A DNA stretch of 64,000 nucleotides from a bacterium (GCA_965205865.1 CBDBHR010000025.1:32001-96000), one strand, 5' to 3'; positions 51,216 to 62,376 are shown, numbered from the stretch's first letter. A program made the numbers and translations. Notes: generated by a model not told the origin, from the letters alone.

Positions 51216-52502
51216 ATGACTTCAAAATCCAACGAAAATCCAACTTCAACCGAGTTGTCATCCCCACAAACACAATCCCTGCTCCGCCAAGGGCGGGACT
51301 GTTATTTTCCCGTCTATTCTCCCCGTGAAATGATTGTGGCGCATGGCAAAGGGGCGCGACTGTGGGACCTGGAAGGACGGGAGTATATTGATTTGGGAAC
51401 AGGGATTGGCGTGAATGCACTGGGGCATCAAGAACCGGATTTGATTCAAGCAGCCTGGGATCAGTTACATAAAGTATGGCACACCAGCAATATTTATTTC
51501 ACAGAACCTGTTGTGCGTCTGGCAGCGGAATTGATCGAAACCACCTTTGCCGACCGTGTCTTTTTTTCTAATTCCGGTGCCGAAGCCAATGAAGCTGCGA
51601 TCAAAGTTGCCAGGAAATTTTCCAGTTTCCATTCCTCGCGCCAAGCCACTGCTTCCTCCAAACGGGATATTCTCACTTTCAAGGGGTCCTTTCATGGAAG
51701 AACGCTCACCACTGCGACTGCGACTGCGCAAGCGAAATTTCATGAAGGCTTTGATCCCTTACCCGGAGGTTTCTCCTACTGCCCTTTCAATGACTTTGAC
51801 AGGGCGGAAAAATTGATCACTGCGCAAACCTGCGCAGTTTTATTGGAACCTATTCAAGGAGAAAGTGGAGTTATCGCAGCTGCACCCGGCTTTCTCCGGC
51901 ATTTGCAATCCTTGTGTCACCAACGCGATGCCTTGTTGATCTTCGATGAAATCCAATCCGGCATGGGACGTACCGGTCGTTTTTTTGCTTACCAATGGCA
52001 AGATGGGGTGCGACCTGATATTGTCACTATTGCCAAATCCCTGGGAGGAGGACTTCCTTTGGGAGCGATGCTGACCACTGAAACCGTGGCACGGATTTTC
52101 AAGTTCGGGGATCATGGTTCCACTTTTGGAGGCAATCCGGTTGCGGCCGCAGTGGCCCGGGTGGTCCTGCAGAAAATCCGAAATCCTTCCTTGATGGAAC
52201 AAGTGAAAAAACGAGGGGAGCAGTTAATAAAAGGACTAGAGGAACTCCAACACTCTTTAGGGATCTTCAAGGAGATCCGAGGAAAAGGTCTATTTATCGG
52301 CGCTGAATTGCAAGGTCCCTGGGAAGGTCAGGCACGAGATTTGACTGAAGCTTGCCGGAAAAATGGAGTATTGATTCTACAAGCAGGTCCGAATACCCTG
52401 CGTTTCCTTCCACCTCTCAATGTCACTGAGGAGGAATTGCAAAACGGCATGGACCGTATGGCGTTTTGCCTGAAGATTATGGCCTCGCCAAAATGGTCAT
52501 GA
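51216..52502 (+). CDS. argD: Acetylornithine/succinylornithine aminotransferase
   Basis: NSGAEANEAAIK, SFHGRT, EPIQGE, DEIQSGMGRTG, AKSLGGG, HGSTFGGNP. Confidence 0.9.
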   Translation: MTSKSNENPTSTELSSPQTQSLLRQGRDCYFPVYSPREMIVAHGKGARLWDLEGREYIDLGTGIGVNALGHQEPDLIQAAWDQLHKVWHTSNIYFTEPVVRLAAELIETTFADRVFFSNSGAEANEAAIKVARKFSSFHSSRQATASSKRDILTFKGSFHGRTLTTATATAQAKFHEGFDPLPGGFSYCPFNDFDRAEKLITAQTCAVLLEPIQGESGVIAAAPGFLRHLQSLCHQRDALLIFDEIQSGMGRTGRFFAYQWQDGVRPDIVTIAKSLGGGLPLGAMLTTETVARIFKFGDHGSTFGGNPVAAAVARVVLQKIRNPSLMEQVKKRGEQLIKGLEELQHSLGIFKEIRGKGLFIGAELQGPWEGQARDLTEACRKNGVLILQAGPNTLRFLPPLNVTEEELQNGMDRMAFCLKIMASPKWS

Positions 52503-53023
52503 ATCCGCCTGCCGAGGTATACCTGGGGCTGGGTTCCAATTTAGGGGACCGAGTTGCTTTGCTGAAGGGAGCACGCCAAGCTTTGCAAGCACTGCCTTTA
52601 GCAAATTTTCAGACCTCTTCTATTTACGAAAGTGTTCCTTACAAGGGTGCTGAACAACCCTTGTACTACAATCAGGTGGTGAAAGGAAGCACATCGCTTG
52701 ATCCGGATCAGTTGCTGGCAAGTTGCCAGACCATTGAAGAAAAACTGGGACGTATTCGAACTGTACGGTCCATGCGGAAAAGTTGGGAGCCTCGTTTGAT
52801 CGACATCGACATTCTGTATTATGAAGATCTGATTCTGAATACGAATGCCCTGACCATCCCTCATGCCGACTTGACGAACCGTGGATTTGTCCTCATGCCG
52901 CTGGTCGAATTGGCTCCTCATTGGAGCGATCCTGGAACCCGGCAGTCCATGATGGCCTTGTTCCGGATTTGGCAGGCTCAAACAACAGAGCCCCTCCCCG
53001 TGCGAATCGATACTCTTTCTTAA
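52493..53023 (+). CDS. folK: 2-amino-4-hydroxy-6-hydroxymethyldihydropteridine diphosphokinase
   Basis: LGLGSNLGDR, WEPRLIDIDIL, LTIPH, RGFVLMPL. Confidence 0.95.
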   Translation: MVMNPPAEVYLGLGSNLGDRVALLKGARQALQALPLANFQTSSIYESVPYKGAEQPLYYNQVVKGSTSLDPDQLLASCQTIEEKLGRIRTVRSMRKSWEPRLIDIDILYYEDLILNTNALTIPHADLTNRGFVLMPLVELAPHWSDPGTRQSMMALFRIWQAQTTEPLPVRIDTLS

Positions 53024-53138
53024 TTGAAATGTGCCATTCGCATGGTCCGGAAAAATCAGAGAGATGGACTTGTTAACGGTCTCCGGTTTTTCTTCGATGG
53101 CATCTCTGAAATCGTCATTGGGTTAACCTATTGAGATC

Positions 53139-53624
53139 ATGAAAAATATTATTGGAAGTCTGCTGGTTTTACTTTTTATGGGACAGACGCTCCCGGGGCA
53201 GGAAACATTTCACTACGATACCAGTGGCCTGGCAGTGGAAGAACCGGGTAAAATCAAAGTGTTGGTTGAAAATCCTGGAGAAGAAGGTCAGACATGGGGA
53301 CTGACTGAACAAAGCATTCGCACTGCAATTGCAGGCAAGCTGCAATCAGCAAATATTGTTCCTCTTCCTGAAAAAAACTTCAGCCTGCCTTACTGGCTAT
53401 ATGTGGAAATTCAGCTACTGGATACGGCATTTCAGGTCGGGTTGAATTTCGACCGCCTCGTTTCCTATCGTGTCAAACAAAAAGTATTTCACACATTTGC
53501 TACTGTTTTCATTAGGGAATCGATTGGCATCAACTCCAAAAAAGACGGTCAGTATCCTTTGCAGATATTGAATAAGCTTCTCGATGAGTTCCTCAGTGAA
53601 TTTCAGAAGGCAAATCAAAAGTGA
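53139..53624 (+). CDS. Hypothetical protein, probable signal peptide
   Basis: 161-aa ORF with MKN plus a hydrophobic N-terminus; no family recognised. Confidence 0.65.
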   Translation: MKNIIGSLLVLLFMGQTLPGQETFHYDTSGLAVEEPGKIKVLVENPGEEGQTWGLTEQSIRTAIAGKLQSANIVPLPEKNFSLPYWLYVEIQLLDTAFQVGLNFDRLVSYRVKQKVFHTFATVFIRESIGINSKKDGQYPLQILNKLLDEFLSEFQKANQK

Positions 53625-53665
53625 GATGTGGCAATGGATGTTTTTCCAAATCCTGAGTTTTTTCC

Positions 53666-53770
53666 TTGACACTTCCAGGTAAGGATTGTATTTTTATTGC
53701 CATACCGCAGGAAATCGGGCATGCGCACTGGCTTCCATCAATACGGAATTTCCCCAGTGCGGCTTTTTTT
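53666..53770 (+). promoter_or_regulatory. Sigma70-like promoter followed by short leader and intrinsic terminator
   Basis: TTGACA-17-TATTTT; stem CGCACTGG/CCAGTGCG followed by T7. Confidence 0.55.
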
Positions 53771-53853
53771 AAGGTGGCTCGCTCGCCGAGCAGTCGTGAG
53801 AATCAAGTCGCGACAATGTTTTTAACCTATAAGAGATGAGGAAATTTTTTTCC

Positions 53854-54657
53854 ATGAAACTAGTTCGATACCAAGATTCATCTGGGGCGGTCCACCATGG
53901 CAGACGCCATGATGACGGTCGAGTGACACGCATCCACGGGGAGATATTAGGGTCATTCATCGATACCGACGATAGCGCCGACCTGCAAAAATTGCTGGCC
54001 CCCATTGAGCCACCTGACATCATCTGCATCGGTCTCAATTATCGCAAGCACGCTGCGGAGGGCAATTCGCCGATTCCCGATTATCCGATTGTATTCATGA
54101 AAAACATAGGAGCATTACAAAACCCTGACGACCCGATCATTCTCCCCCGTCGCCTTTTGAGCGAAGAAGTGGATTATGAGTGCGAGTTGGCCGTGGTGCT
54201 GGCGAAACCCTGCTATAACGTAGCGAAATCGGAAGCCTTGGACTATGTTCTGGGATACACTTGCGCGAACGACGTAAGCGCTCGTGACTGGCAATCACGT
54301 TATGGGGGAGGTCAATGGTGTCGCGGCAAAACATTTGCTACTTTTTGCCCTTTGGGACCATGGATCGTTACTACGGATGAGATTCCAAATCCAAACACCC
54401 TCGGCATTCGCACCATCCTGAACAAGCGGACCATGCAGGATTGGAATACAAATGACATGATCTTTGATGTACCCACTTTGATTGAATTCCTCAGTGGCAG
54501 TACGCGTCTATTGGCAGGGACGGTGATTTTGACGGGAACACCGCATGGTGTGGGCTCTGCTCGTAAACCTCCGCTTTACATGAAATCGGGTGATCGTGTC
54601 ACCATTGAGATAGACGGAATCGGATCGCTATCGAATGACTTGATCGAAGAATGCTAG
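53854..54657 (+). CDS. Fumarylacetoacetate hydrolase family protein
   Basis: CIGLNY..H, VDYECELAVV, NDVSARDWQ, GKTF, LTGTP.GVG. Confidence 0.93.
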   Translation: MKLVRYQDSSGAVHHGRRHDDGRVTRIHGEILGSFIDTDDSADLQKLLAPIEPPDIICIGLNYRKHAAEGNSPIPDYPIVFMKNIGALQNPDDPIILPRRLLSEEVDYECELAVVLAKPCYNVAKSEALDYVLGYTCANDVSARDWQSRYGGGQWCRGKTFATFCPLGPWIVTTDEIPNPNTLGIRTILNKRTMQDWNTNDMIFDVPTLIEFLSGSTRLLAGTVILTGTPHGVGSARKPPLYMKSGDRVTIEIDGIGSLSNDLIEEC

Positions 54658-54664
54658 GTTTTTA

Positions 54665-56713
54665 TTATTCCAAACTTTTTTCCTTTTTAGTTTCCGACTC
54701 ACTTTCAAGATCATCCGTACTTTCAGTAGATTCGGCACTGTCCGTTTCCCCGGGAGTTATAGTTGCAACCTTCCCGGCAAAGGTCCCTGTTGATTCCTCC
54801 ACAGGCGCTTCGAGTTCTTCGGAGTCAGTTTCTTTTGTATCCTCTACGGGCGCTTCGGTTTCTTCGGGGCTGGTCTCCGCTGATGCTTCGGATTGTTCGG
54901 AAGTCACCACAGCCGTTTCTTCTACTGCCACTTCACTTTCTGCAGCGTCTGCAGAATTCTTTTCATCAAGAGCTTCAGACTCCACAGTAGCCAAATCCGC
55001 AGACCTTTCCGAGGCTCCCTCCTCGTCCAACGCTTCCGACGTCTCGACACCCGGAGGCGGAACTACGGTATTTCTTTCCAGGATACTCAAGCCGAGCCGT
55101 CGCTCTTCAGGATCTATCTTAATCACCCGGGTGTGTACTTCAGTACCAAGGGAATAGAATTCTGCAAGTTTGGCTTTGGGTATAGCCGGGTCGATTTCCG
55201 AGATATGAACCAGACCTTCCACTCCTTCCAAAACCTCCACAAAGATCCCAAAATCGGTGATGTTGACAATTTTTCCGGTAACGTCACTGCCAATTTGATA
55301 TTTCTCATCCAAATTCTTCCAAGGATCTACGGAAAGTTGCTTGATACCTAAAGACAACCGCTCCTGATCGACATCGATATTGAGAATCTTGACTTCGATT
55401 TCGTCTCCTTTCCGCACAAAATCCGCAGGACGTTTTTGACGTTGACTCCAGGAGATATCGGAAACATGAACCAACCCGTCGATTCCTTCATCAAGTCCCA
55501 CAAAAATCCCAAACTCCGTCACATTGCGCACTTTTCCCATCACCACACTGCCAATCGGATAGATTTCCGAGGCCTGTTTCCAGGGATTGGGCAGTGCTTC
55601 TTTCATCGAGAGGGAAACGCGCCTGTGCTCCACATCCAAATCCTTGACGATGGTTTCCACTACCTCTCCCAGATTGACAAAGCGGGAAGGATTGCGGATT
55701 TTTTTAGTCCAGGACATTTCGGAGATATGGATCAAACCTTCAATTCCGGGTTCCAGTTCTATAAAGGCGCCATAGTCGGTCAGGCTGACTATTTTTCCGG
55801 CAACGCGTGTTCCCACCGGAAACTTATCCGAAGCGTTTTCCCAGGGATTCGGTGTTTTCTGTTTCATTCCCAGCGACACTTTCTGGAATTCTTTATCATA
55901 TTTCAACACCAGCACATCCACTTCATCTCCAATCTCAAACATCACGGAAGGATGCACAATACGTCCCCAAGTCATGTCCGTGATATGTAACAAGCCATCC
56001 ACTCCCCCGAGATCCACAAAGACCCCGTAATCGGTAATGTTCTTGACGTGCCCCTTCATTATTGTATTTTCTTGGAGAACTTCCAGTGTTTCTTTGCGAC
56101 GTCGCTCCCGGTCTACTTCCAGAAGCGCCCGGCGAGATAAGACGATATTGCCGCGTTTCTGGTTGAATTTGAGAATCGAGAATTCAAAAGATTCTCCAAT
56201 CAGCTTGTCCAGATTACGAACCGGTCGCAAATCGACCTGGGACCCTGGTAAAAATGCTTTGACCCCGATGTCTACTGACAATCCCCCTTTGATCCGTGCG
56301 GCAATCACCCCGTCAATGGTGCCACTTTCTTCAAAAACCTGGCCGACTTTTTCCCAAATTCTCAGTTTACGGGCTTTTTCTTTGGAAAGCCGGGTCACGC
56401 CATCTTCTTCTTCCAGCGCCTCCACATAAACTTCTACATGATCGCCAATCTCGATCTCGTAGTGGCCTTCCATGTTGACAAACTCTTCAATCGGAATTTG
56501 TCCTTCCGATTTATATCCGATGTCCACGGTCACAAAGTCTTTAGAAATTTTAGTAACCGTCCCTCCAACAATTCCATTCTCTTTGACGTTGCCGGATGTT
56601 TCTTCGTATAGCGCGTCAAAATCAATTTCATCTTCAACAAACAATATGGATTCTTCCTCCGCAGAGGAATCCAGCACTTCATTTGATTCTATTGTGGTTT
56701 CATCCGCATTCAT
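54665..56713 (-). CDS. rpsA: 30S ribosomal protein S1 with long acidic C-terminal tail
   Basis: Six S1 repeats (AFLPGSQVD, DGLLHITD, EGLIHISE, DGLVHVSD, EGLVHISE). Confidence 0.96.
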   Translation of the reverse strand: MNADETTIESNEVLDSSAEEESILFVEDEIDFDALYEETSGNVKENGIVGGTVTKISKDFVTVDIGYKSEGQIPIEEFVNMEGHYEIEIGDHVEVYVEALEEEDGVTRLSKEKARKLRIWEKVGQVFEESGTIDGVIAARIKGGLSVDIGVKAFLPGSQVDLRPVRNLDKLIGESFEFSILKFNQKRGNIVLSRRALLEVDRERRRKETLEVLQENTIMKGHVKNITDYGVFVDLGGVDGLLHITDMTWGRIVHPSVMFEIGDEVDVLVLKYDKEFQKVSLGMKQKTPNPWENASDKFPVGTRVAGKIVSLTDYGAFIELEPGIEGLIHISEMSWTKKIRNPSRFVNLGEVVETIVKDLDVEHRRVSLSMKEALPNPWKQASEIYPIGSVVMGKVRNVTEFGIFVGLDEGIDGLVHVSDISWSQRQKRPADFVRKGDEIEVKILNIDVDQERLSLGIKQLSVDPWKNLDEKYQIGSDVTGKIVNITDFGIFVEVLEGVEGLVHISEIDPAIPKAKLAEFYSLGTEVHTRVIKIDPEERRLGLSILERNTVVPPPGVETSEALDEEGASERSADLATVESEALDEKNSADAAESEVAVEETAVVTSEQSEASAETSPEETEAPVEDTKETDSEELEAPVEESTGTFAGKVATITPGETDSAESTESTDDLESESETKKEKSLE

Positions 56714-56824
56714 AATTTAGGTTGCGTAACTGCGCAGGTTGTAGATTTGCATTCCAGGAACCTATTCAGGCTTTGCCTTCCCAGTTGGTGATTATTCTGC
56801 AAAGAAGAACGTAAAAAGTTGGAT

Positions 56825-56852
56825 ATTTTATCACAAGATCATCAAGAGTCAA
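56825..56852 (-). promoter_or_regulatory. Putative rpsA promoter
   Basis: TTGACT-16-TAAAAT with extended -10 TG on the minus strand. Confidence 0.5.
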
Positions 56853-57599
56853 ATGAATTGATGGAAATAGGGAAAAACCGAGTGAAAATCCTCGGGTTTC
56901 TCAGGACCCTCTGCGCATTGTTGCAATTCGTGCTTCAATTTACTTTCGTCCATGTCGCCTATGCGGAAATAAGGACGTGGACCCAATAGAACACTCTGAT
57001 TGATGAGTTTGTCAGGCTCTCCGTTTTGATGACCGTCATTGGCGCAGGCATCGAAGCATATACGACCCCAGTTGTTATAATCAATGCGTATGCAATTTTT
57101 TGGAGAGACATTATTTCCCTTTCATGATTGTAGGCGCATGCAAAATCGATTTGTATGAGAGATCGGTCTACGCGATCATAGTTAAAACTAAATTCGGTTT
57201 TGAAGAAGAATTCCCATCGGCGGAGCAGGTTACCAAGGCTGGGAAAATAGTCTTTTCGGATACGCTGAAAAGGTGCGATGGTAATCAACCATCTCATGGA
57301 TGTCACTACAAAAGAGCACACTGAGTTCATCGTGATGGGTCTTTCAGGTCCTGTTGCGCACACCCTTCACACGCTCAATATCTTGTATGGCGTACCGGAA
57401 AATCAGGTTGTCGAAACCCTGGATGGACGCGGCAGGTTGCGAAAGATCTCCTCAATGGTTGACACGAAGGACTTCGCAGGACGCGGTTCGTTTGTCAACC
57501 CATTTCAAAACAAACCATTGACCAATTTTTCAGAGAACACGGAAATTCACACAACTTTCTTTGCTGAAAGTCGATTATCACCCTTGTCCTCAGGAAAAA

Positions 57600-59588
57600 T
57601 CATGTTTCTCCGGAGAAACGGTTTTGCTGGAGAAAAGAGAGGAATTTTTCGGAAGAAGCCATGATCCCGGCATGTTTGGCCAGCACCTGGTTGCTGGCGT
57701 TCAGCACCACGTAGAAAGGCAGGGCGACAGTTTGAAAACGTTCGACTTGCAGGGCCTGATTGGTTTGATAATTGTCTCCTCCATCGGTATAAAGCTGGAC
57801 GAGGACGAAATTTTCTCTGAACGTTTCCAACACCTTGGCATCAGCAAAGATATACTTTTCCATCCATCGGCAATTGACGCAGGTGTATCCGGTAAAATCG
57901 ACAAAAACCAATTTGTCCTCCTGTTTGGCCAATGCCAGAGCAGTCGATAAATCATTCATCCAGGGTAGCGCATGAACCTGATCCAGATTGTATTGGGAGG
58001 AATTCGGCACGGCAATATCGGGAGTTCCGGAGTTGGACAATTGAGGGGGAAGATAGGCATCGACAAACCCATTGAGTGGCATTCCCTGCAGTCCCTGGGT
58101 CAAGTAGCTTCCTAAAAACAAAAAAATGAAAGCAGTAGTAAAACCGGTAGCGCCTGTTTTCTGAACCCGCGCATCGTGAATGGTGATGGACCCCAGTAAG
58201 AACAACCCCACCAGAAAAGCCAGGATGATCCAGGAATACAAGACAAAATCACGATCAATGATTCCCCATTGCCAGACTAAATCCGCGTTACTGAAAAATT
58301 TGAAGGCAGCTGCCAATTCGATCAGCCCCAAAACAACTTTCATATGAGTGAGCCAGGCGCCAGAGCGAGATTTTATCGACTGAATCAAGCGGGGAAGCAG
58401 ACCGAGCAAAAAGAAAGGCAGGGCAAAAACCGTGGAGAAAATCAACATGCCCAGCACTGGCCAAAGCCAATGTCCGCGGGATGCGGCGATCAACATGGTT
58501 CCTACGAACTGGACGGTACAAGTGAATGAAGTGAGAGTGAAAACCAACCCCATCAATACAATGCCAAACGAGCCTCCGGTTTTACGGGAAAACTGATCCA
58601 TACGGTTTGAGAGACTTGCAGGAATGGAAAGACTGAAAAAACCCATCAAACTGAAGGCAAATACCAGAAAGAGGAGGCCGATGGTAAAATTGACATAGCC
58701 ATTGGTAGCTAATTGAATCGCTCCCGTTGCCCCCAGTAAAACAGAGAGTCCCATACCTGTAGCGGTGTATGTGCCTATAATTCCCAAACCAAACAAAGAA
58801 GCAAATTTCAAAACCTGGCTGTAGGACGCTTCTTCCTGCTTGGTGAAAAAAGCCATGGTGACCGGAATCATGGGAAAAACGCAGGGTGTGAGCAATGCCA
58901 GAAAACCCGAAAAAATTGCCAACAGAATAAAACCACCCACACCGCCGGCTAATGCCTCGCTCAGTTCATCTTCCGCATCAAGAGCCCCTGGCAGGGGATT
59001 GATGTCGTAGCGAGGCATTTCGAAATCCGCACGCATCGGACCCGATCCTGACGTGAAAAAAAGGGTCAATCTTTCCGTTTTTGGAGGAAGACAGATTTTG
59101 TCGCTGCATGCCTGATATCGGATGGCCACATTTGAAGAGAAAGGCTGGTTACCGGGAGTGATTTCGGCAAGCTCGAGATTCTGAAAAAAATAAAAAGAGT
59201 TTTCGTGGTAACGGAGTTCCATGCCAATCACCGGATCGAATGCCATCACCGGATTGGTTTCGTACGGAGGACCGATGAGTTCCACATGCTGCCCCGCTTC
59301 CACCAATACATTTGTAGGAAGAGGAGCAAATTCATCTTCTGAAGGTATCAAGGAATACACATGCCAACCCTCGACGACCTTTCCCTTCATCAGTATTCGC
59401 GCGTGTTCACCTGCACGGGGATTTTCCGGTTGCAATGAAAGAGAAAAGGTAGTGACAATTTCCGGAATTTGCACTTCGGAAGATTCGAACTGGGCGGAGG
59501 CCGTCTGTGGCAGAACGAATGAGACGAGCAAAGCAAACCAATGCCATCGAAAATCAACTATTTTTTTATTGAACAATAAATCTTGCAT
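57600..59588 (-). CDS. dsbD: DsbD-like thiol:disulfide interchange protein
   Basis: N-domain QACSDKIC, TM domain LTPCVFPMIP and FTCT, thioredoxin TCVNC. Confidence 0.88.
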   Translation of the reverse strand: MQDLLFNKKIVDFRWHWFALLVSFVLPQTASAQFESSEVQIPEIVTTFSLSLQPENPRAGEHARILMKGKVVEGWHVYSLIPSEDEFAPLPTNVLVEAGQHVELIGPPYETNPVMAFDPVIGMELRYHENSFYFFQNLELAEITPGNQPFSSNVAIRYQACSDKICLPPKTERLTLFFTSGSGPMRADFEMPRYDINPLPGALDAEDELSEALAGGVGGFILLAIFSGFLALLTPCVFPMIPVTMAFFTKQEEASYSQVLKFASLFGLGIIGTYTATGMGLSVLLGATGAIQLATNGYVNFTIGLLFLVFAFSLMGFFSLSIPASLSNRMDQFSRKTGGSFGIVLMGLVFTLTSFTCTVQFVGTMLIAASRGHWLWPVLGMLIFSTVFALPFFLLGLLPRLIQSIKSRSGAWLTHMKVVLGLIELAAAFKFFSNADLVWQWGIIDRDFVLYSWIILAFLVGLFLLGSITIHDARVQKTGATGFTTAFIFLFLGSYLTQGLQGMPLNGFVDAYLPPQLSNSGTPDIAVPNSSQYNLDQVHALPWMNDLSTALALAKQEDKLVFVDFTGYTCVNCRWMEKYIFADAKVLETFRENFVLVQLYTDGGDNYQTNQALQVERFQTVALPFYVVLNASNQVLAKHAGIMASSEKFLSFLQQNRFSGET

Positions 59589-59727
59589 AGCATCGAATAT
59601 AGTAATTGTATTTGGAAATTCCTTTCAATATATCGGAATTTCCTTTAAAAAAACAGGAAACGGTTGTTATTATGTGACAAACTAAAAGTTAACAAAAATA
59701 TGAACCACCGATAACCCCCAAAGGAAA

Positions 59728-60657
59728 ATGGCCAAGAAAGCAAAGAAACAAAAAGCAGGGATGCTGAAGCGTAAAAAACGAAAACTAACCCAAAAAACGA
59801 TAGATCGCAGACGGGTCGCAAGTCGCATGCCTCAAAAACCGAGTTCTGAAAAAGAAGTGCTGAAGATTCTGCAACGACTCCCTATTCTGGCCTATGAACC
59901 CGAACTGCTTGATCTTCATTTTGAAGAAGCTTCCCTGCGTTACCAATTGGAACGAGATTATCCGGAACCACAAATTATAAAAAATCTTATCTCTGCAGAA
60001 TTCCTGGCAGAATTTCAAGAGCGTTTAGAAAAAATGAATGTCCGTACCAGCTCAGAGACGCAGAAAAACATGATGGTCAGGGCAATGCTCTACAACCTGG
60101 AGCACGATCAAATACCTCTCTTCGCCAATCCTCTGATCGTGGCAATCTACCTCCGCTCCAAAGCGCAATTTGAAGGATACGCTTTGGCTTTGCCCCAAAT
60201 CTTCAACACCCTGAAATCTTATGATATAAGTCATAAGGAAACCATCGAAAAAATGATCAAATCCCCAGACATGGAGGCAGATATTACCGAAATTGAAGAA
60301 ATAGCGCCTGCAGCACCTCCCATCGATTCCGCATTGGTGGAGATGTATTTTCTAACCCTGAAGGAATTCGAAGAAACAGTGGAAGAACGAATGAGAGAAG
60401 ACCTCGAGGTTTTTATTGAAGATTATGTCAGACGCCCCATCGAAGAATGGACAGCAGAGATGATGGATGATTTTCTAGGCAATTGGTTTATAAAAAACCT
60501 CCATCCGGTGGTTGATGATTTGATCAGCATGCAAAACACGCTGGAACATTTTTTTCAGTTCCTTGCAAAACAAGAGAAAATTTCTGCGGAAAAAATGCAA
60601 ACCATCCTACCTTTATTGCAAGACAAAGTGACTTACAGACAGCGGATGCTGACCTGA
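59728..60657 (+). CDS. Hypothetical protein (basic N-terminus, acidic C-terminus)
   Basis: 309-aa ORF with AAGGA RBS; no family recognised. Confidence 0.7.
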   Translation: MAKKAKKQKAGMLKRKKRKLTQKTIDRRRVASRMPQKPSSEKEVLKILQRLPILAYEPELLDLHFEEASLRYQLERDYPEPQIIKNLISAEFLAEFQERLEKMNVRTSSETQKNMMVRAMLYNLEHDQIPLFANPLIVAIYLRSKAQFEGYALALPQIFNTLKSYDISHKETIEKMIKSPDMEADITEIEEIAPAAPPIDSALVEMYFLTLKEFEETVEERMREDLEVFIEDYVRRPIEEWTAEMMDDFLGNWFIKNLHPVVDDLISMQNTLEHFFQFLAKQEKISAEKMQTILPLLQDKVTYRQRMLT

Positions 60658-60901
60658 AGGTCATTTGCTTCGCATGATGAGAACGACGTATCTATTACAT
60701 TAAAAGATAAAGTTCCTTTTTGTCCCGGAAATGATATGATTCTCCCTGATGGTGGTCACATTTTGTTGACGTGGTGGACGCAGCTTCCTCAACTTCGCAA
60801 ATTGCCGTTCAAATATATGGGTTCATGGTGCTGAAGCGCTGTTGGGTATCCGCATCCTCGAGACAAATGAGAAATATTAATTCAGAAAGTTGAAATTGGT
60901 G

Positions 60902-62356
60902 ATGGATGATTCGATACGGGTTTTAATTGTTGACGACGAGCAAAGCATTCGCTGGGTCTTGCAGCAAACTTTCTCCCATCTTGGCTATTCTCTGCGCATG
61001 GCAGAAACAGCTGCGGAGGCGAGACGTCTCATGCGAACACAGCCCATCGATATTGCATTCATCGATATCAACCTGCCAGATCAAGATGGTCTATTACTAA
61101 TGGAAGAGATGCTCCCGCGCTTTCCTGCCTTACTTGCCATTGTGATTACAGGGCAAAGCACTATGTACAATACCGTCACTGCCATGAAAATAGGCGCCTA
61201 CGAGTACTTAGCCAAGCCTTTTGATATTGCAGATGCCGAAGCGTTGGTGCAGCAGGCAGCTGCGGTTGTCCTCAGTAACCGCGCCAATCGAAAGAAAAAC
61301 GACTTTAAAAAAAAGGAAAAAGAAGAATTGCTGATAGGGAATAGCAAATCCATGCATGCCTTGTATAAAGCCGTCGGCCGAGTGGCATCGACGGATCTCA
61401 CAGTTATGATTCTGGGGGAGAGTGGTACGGGTAAAGAATTGATTGCCCGTTCCATTCATCAGCATTCTCTACGAACAAACCAACCTTTCATTGCGCTCAA
61501 TTGTGCCGCCATCCCCTCAGAACTTCTCGAATCCGAATTGTTCGGCCATGAAAAAGGAGCCTTTACCGGAGCAGGAGAGCGCAAACGGGGAAAATTGGAA
61601 TTGGCCCATTGCGGAACTTTGTTTTTGGATGAAATTGGTGACATGCCCCCCAAGCTACAAAGCAAACTGTTGCGCGTTTTGCAGGAAAAAATCTTTGAAC
61701 GGGTTGGTGGACATGAAGAAATCAAAACGGACATGCGAGTGATTGCAGCCACGCATCGTAATTTGGAAAAACTGATCGAAGAAGGGCTTTTTCGCAAAGA
61801 TTTGTATTACCGGCTCAATGTTTTTTCCATTTATATCCCTCCCCTGCGAGAGCGTCGAGAAGATATCCCCGTGCTGACCGAGCATTTTTTGCAAAAAGGA
61901 CAGAAAGAACTGGCGGTTTACAATAAGCGACTGGCCCCCGAAGTGTTGACCAAGCTGCGACAATATCACTGGCCTGGTAATGTTCGAGAGTTGGAAAACG
62001 TGATCAAAAGTCTGATGATCACCAATGTATCTGAAACTATCACCCTCGATACTCTCCCTCACAACATTGGGCAGCAGTCTCTCTATGTGGAGGAAGAAGG
62101 GCAGTTGGAAGAGTTGGTTTATTCCAAAATCAAACCGACAGTGTCCGAATATGTCGAGCAAGAAGGAAACGCCCTGATGGATTTGATCATGCCCCAGTTG
62201 GAACGCCCCTTGTTGAAACTGACCCTGGAAAAGACGAAGTGGAATCAAAACCGCAGTTCCCGGATTCTTGGAATCAACCGCAATACGCTACGGAAAAAAA
62301 TTGCAATGCTGGGATTGCAAAAAGCAGAGGGTTCCCACACTACCGATTCACAATAG
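60902..62356 (+). CDS. Sigma-54-dependent NtrC-family response regulator
   Basis: Receiver VDDEQSIRWVL, GESGTGKE, GAFTGA, WPGNVRELEN, Fis HTH LGINRNTLRKK. Confidence 0.93.
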   Translation: MDDSIRVLIVDDEQSIRWVLQQTFSHLGYSLRMAETAAEARRLMRTQPIDIAFIDINLPDQDGLLLMEEMLPRFPALLAIVITGQSTMYNTVTAMKIGAYEYLAKPFDIADAEALVQQAAAVVLSNRANRKKNDFKKKEKEELLIGNSKSMHALYKAVGRVASTDLTVMILGESGTGKELIARSIHQHSLRTNQPFIALNCAAIPSELLESELFGHEKGAFTGAGERKRGKLELAHCGTLFLDEIGDMPPKLQSKLLRVLQEKIFERVGGHEEIKTDMRVIAATHRNLEKLIEEGLFRKDLYYRLNVFSIYIPPLRERREDIPVLTEHFLQKGQKELAVYNKRLAPEVLTKLRQYHWPGNVRELENVIKSLMITNVSETITLDTLPHNIGQQSLYVEEEGQLEELVYSKIKPTVSEYVEQEGNALMDLIMPQLERPLLKLTLEKTKWNQNRSSRILGINRNTLRKKIAMLGLQKAEGSHTTDSQ

Positions 62357-62376
62357 GAGAGGGAGAATACGGTTTC

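Noticed and set aside
56860-57560. Gene between rpsA and dsbD
   Set aside because: Short overlapping ORFs on both strands with no recognisable family; possibly decayed coding sequence.
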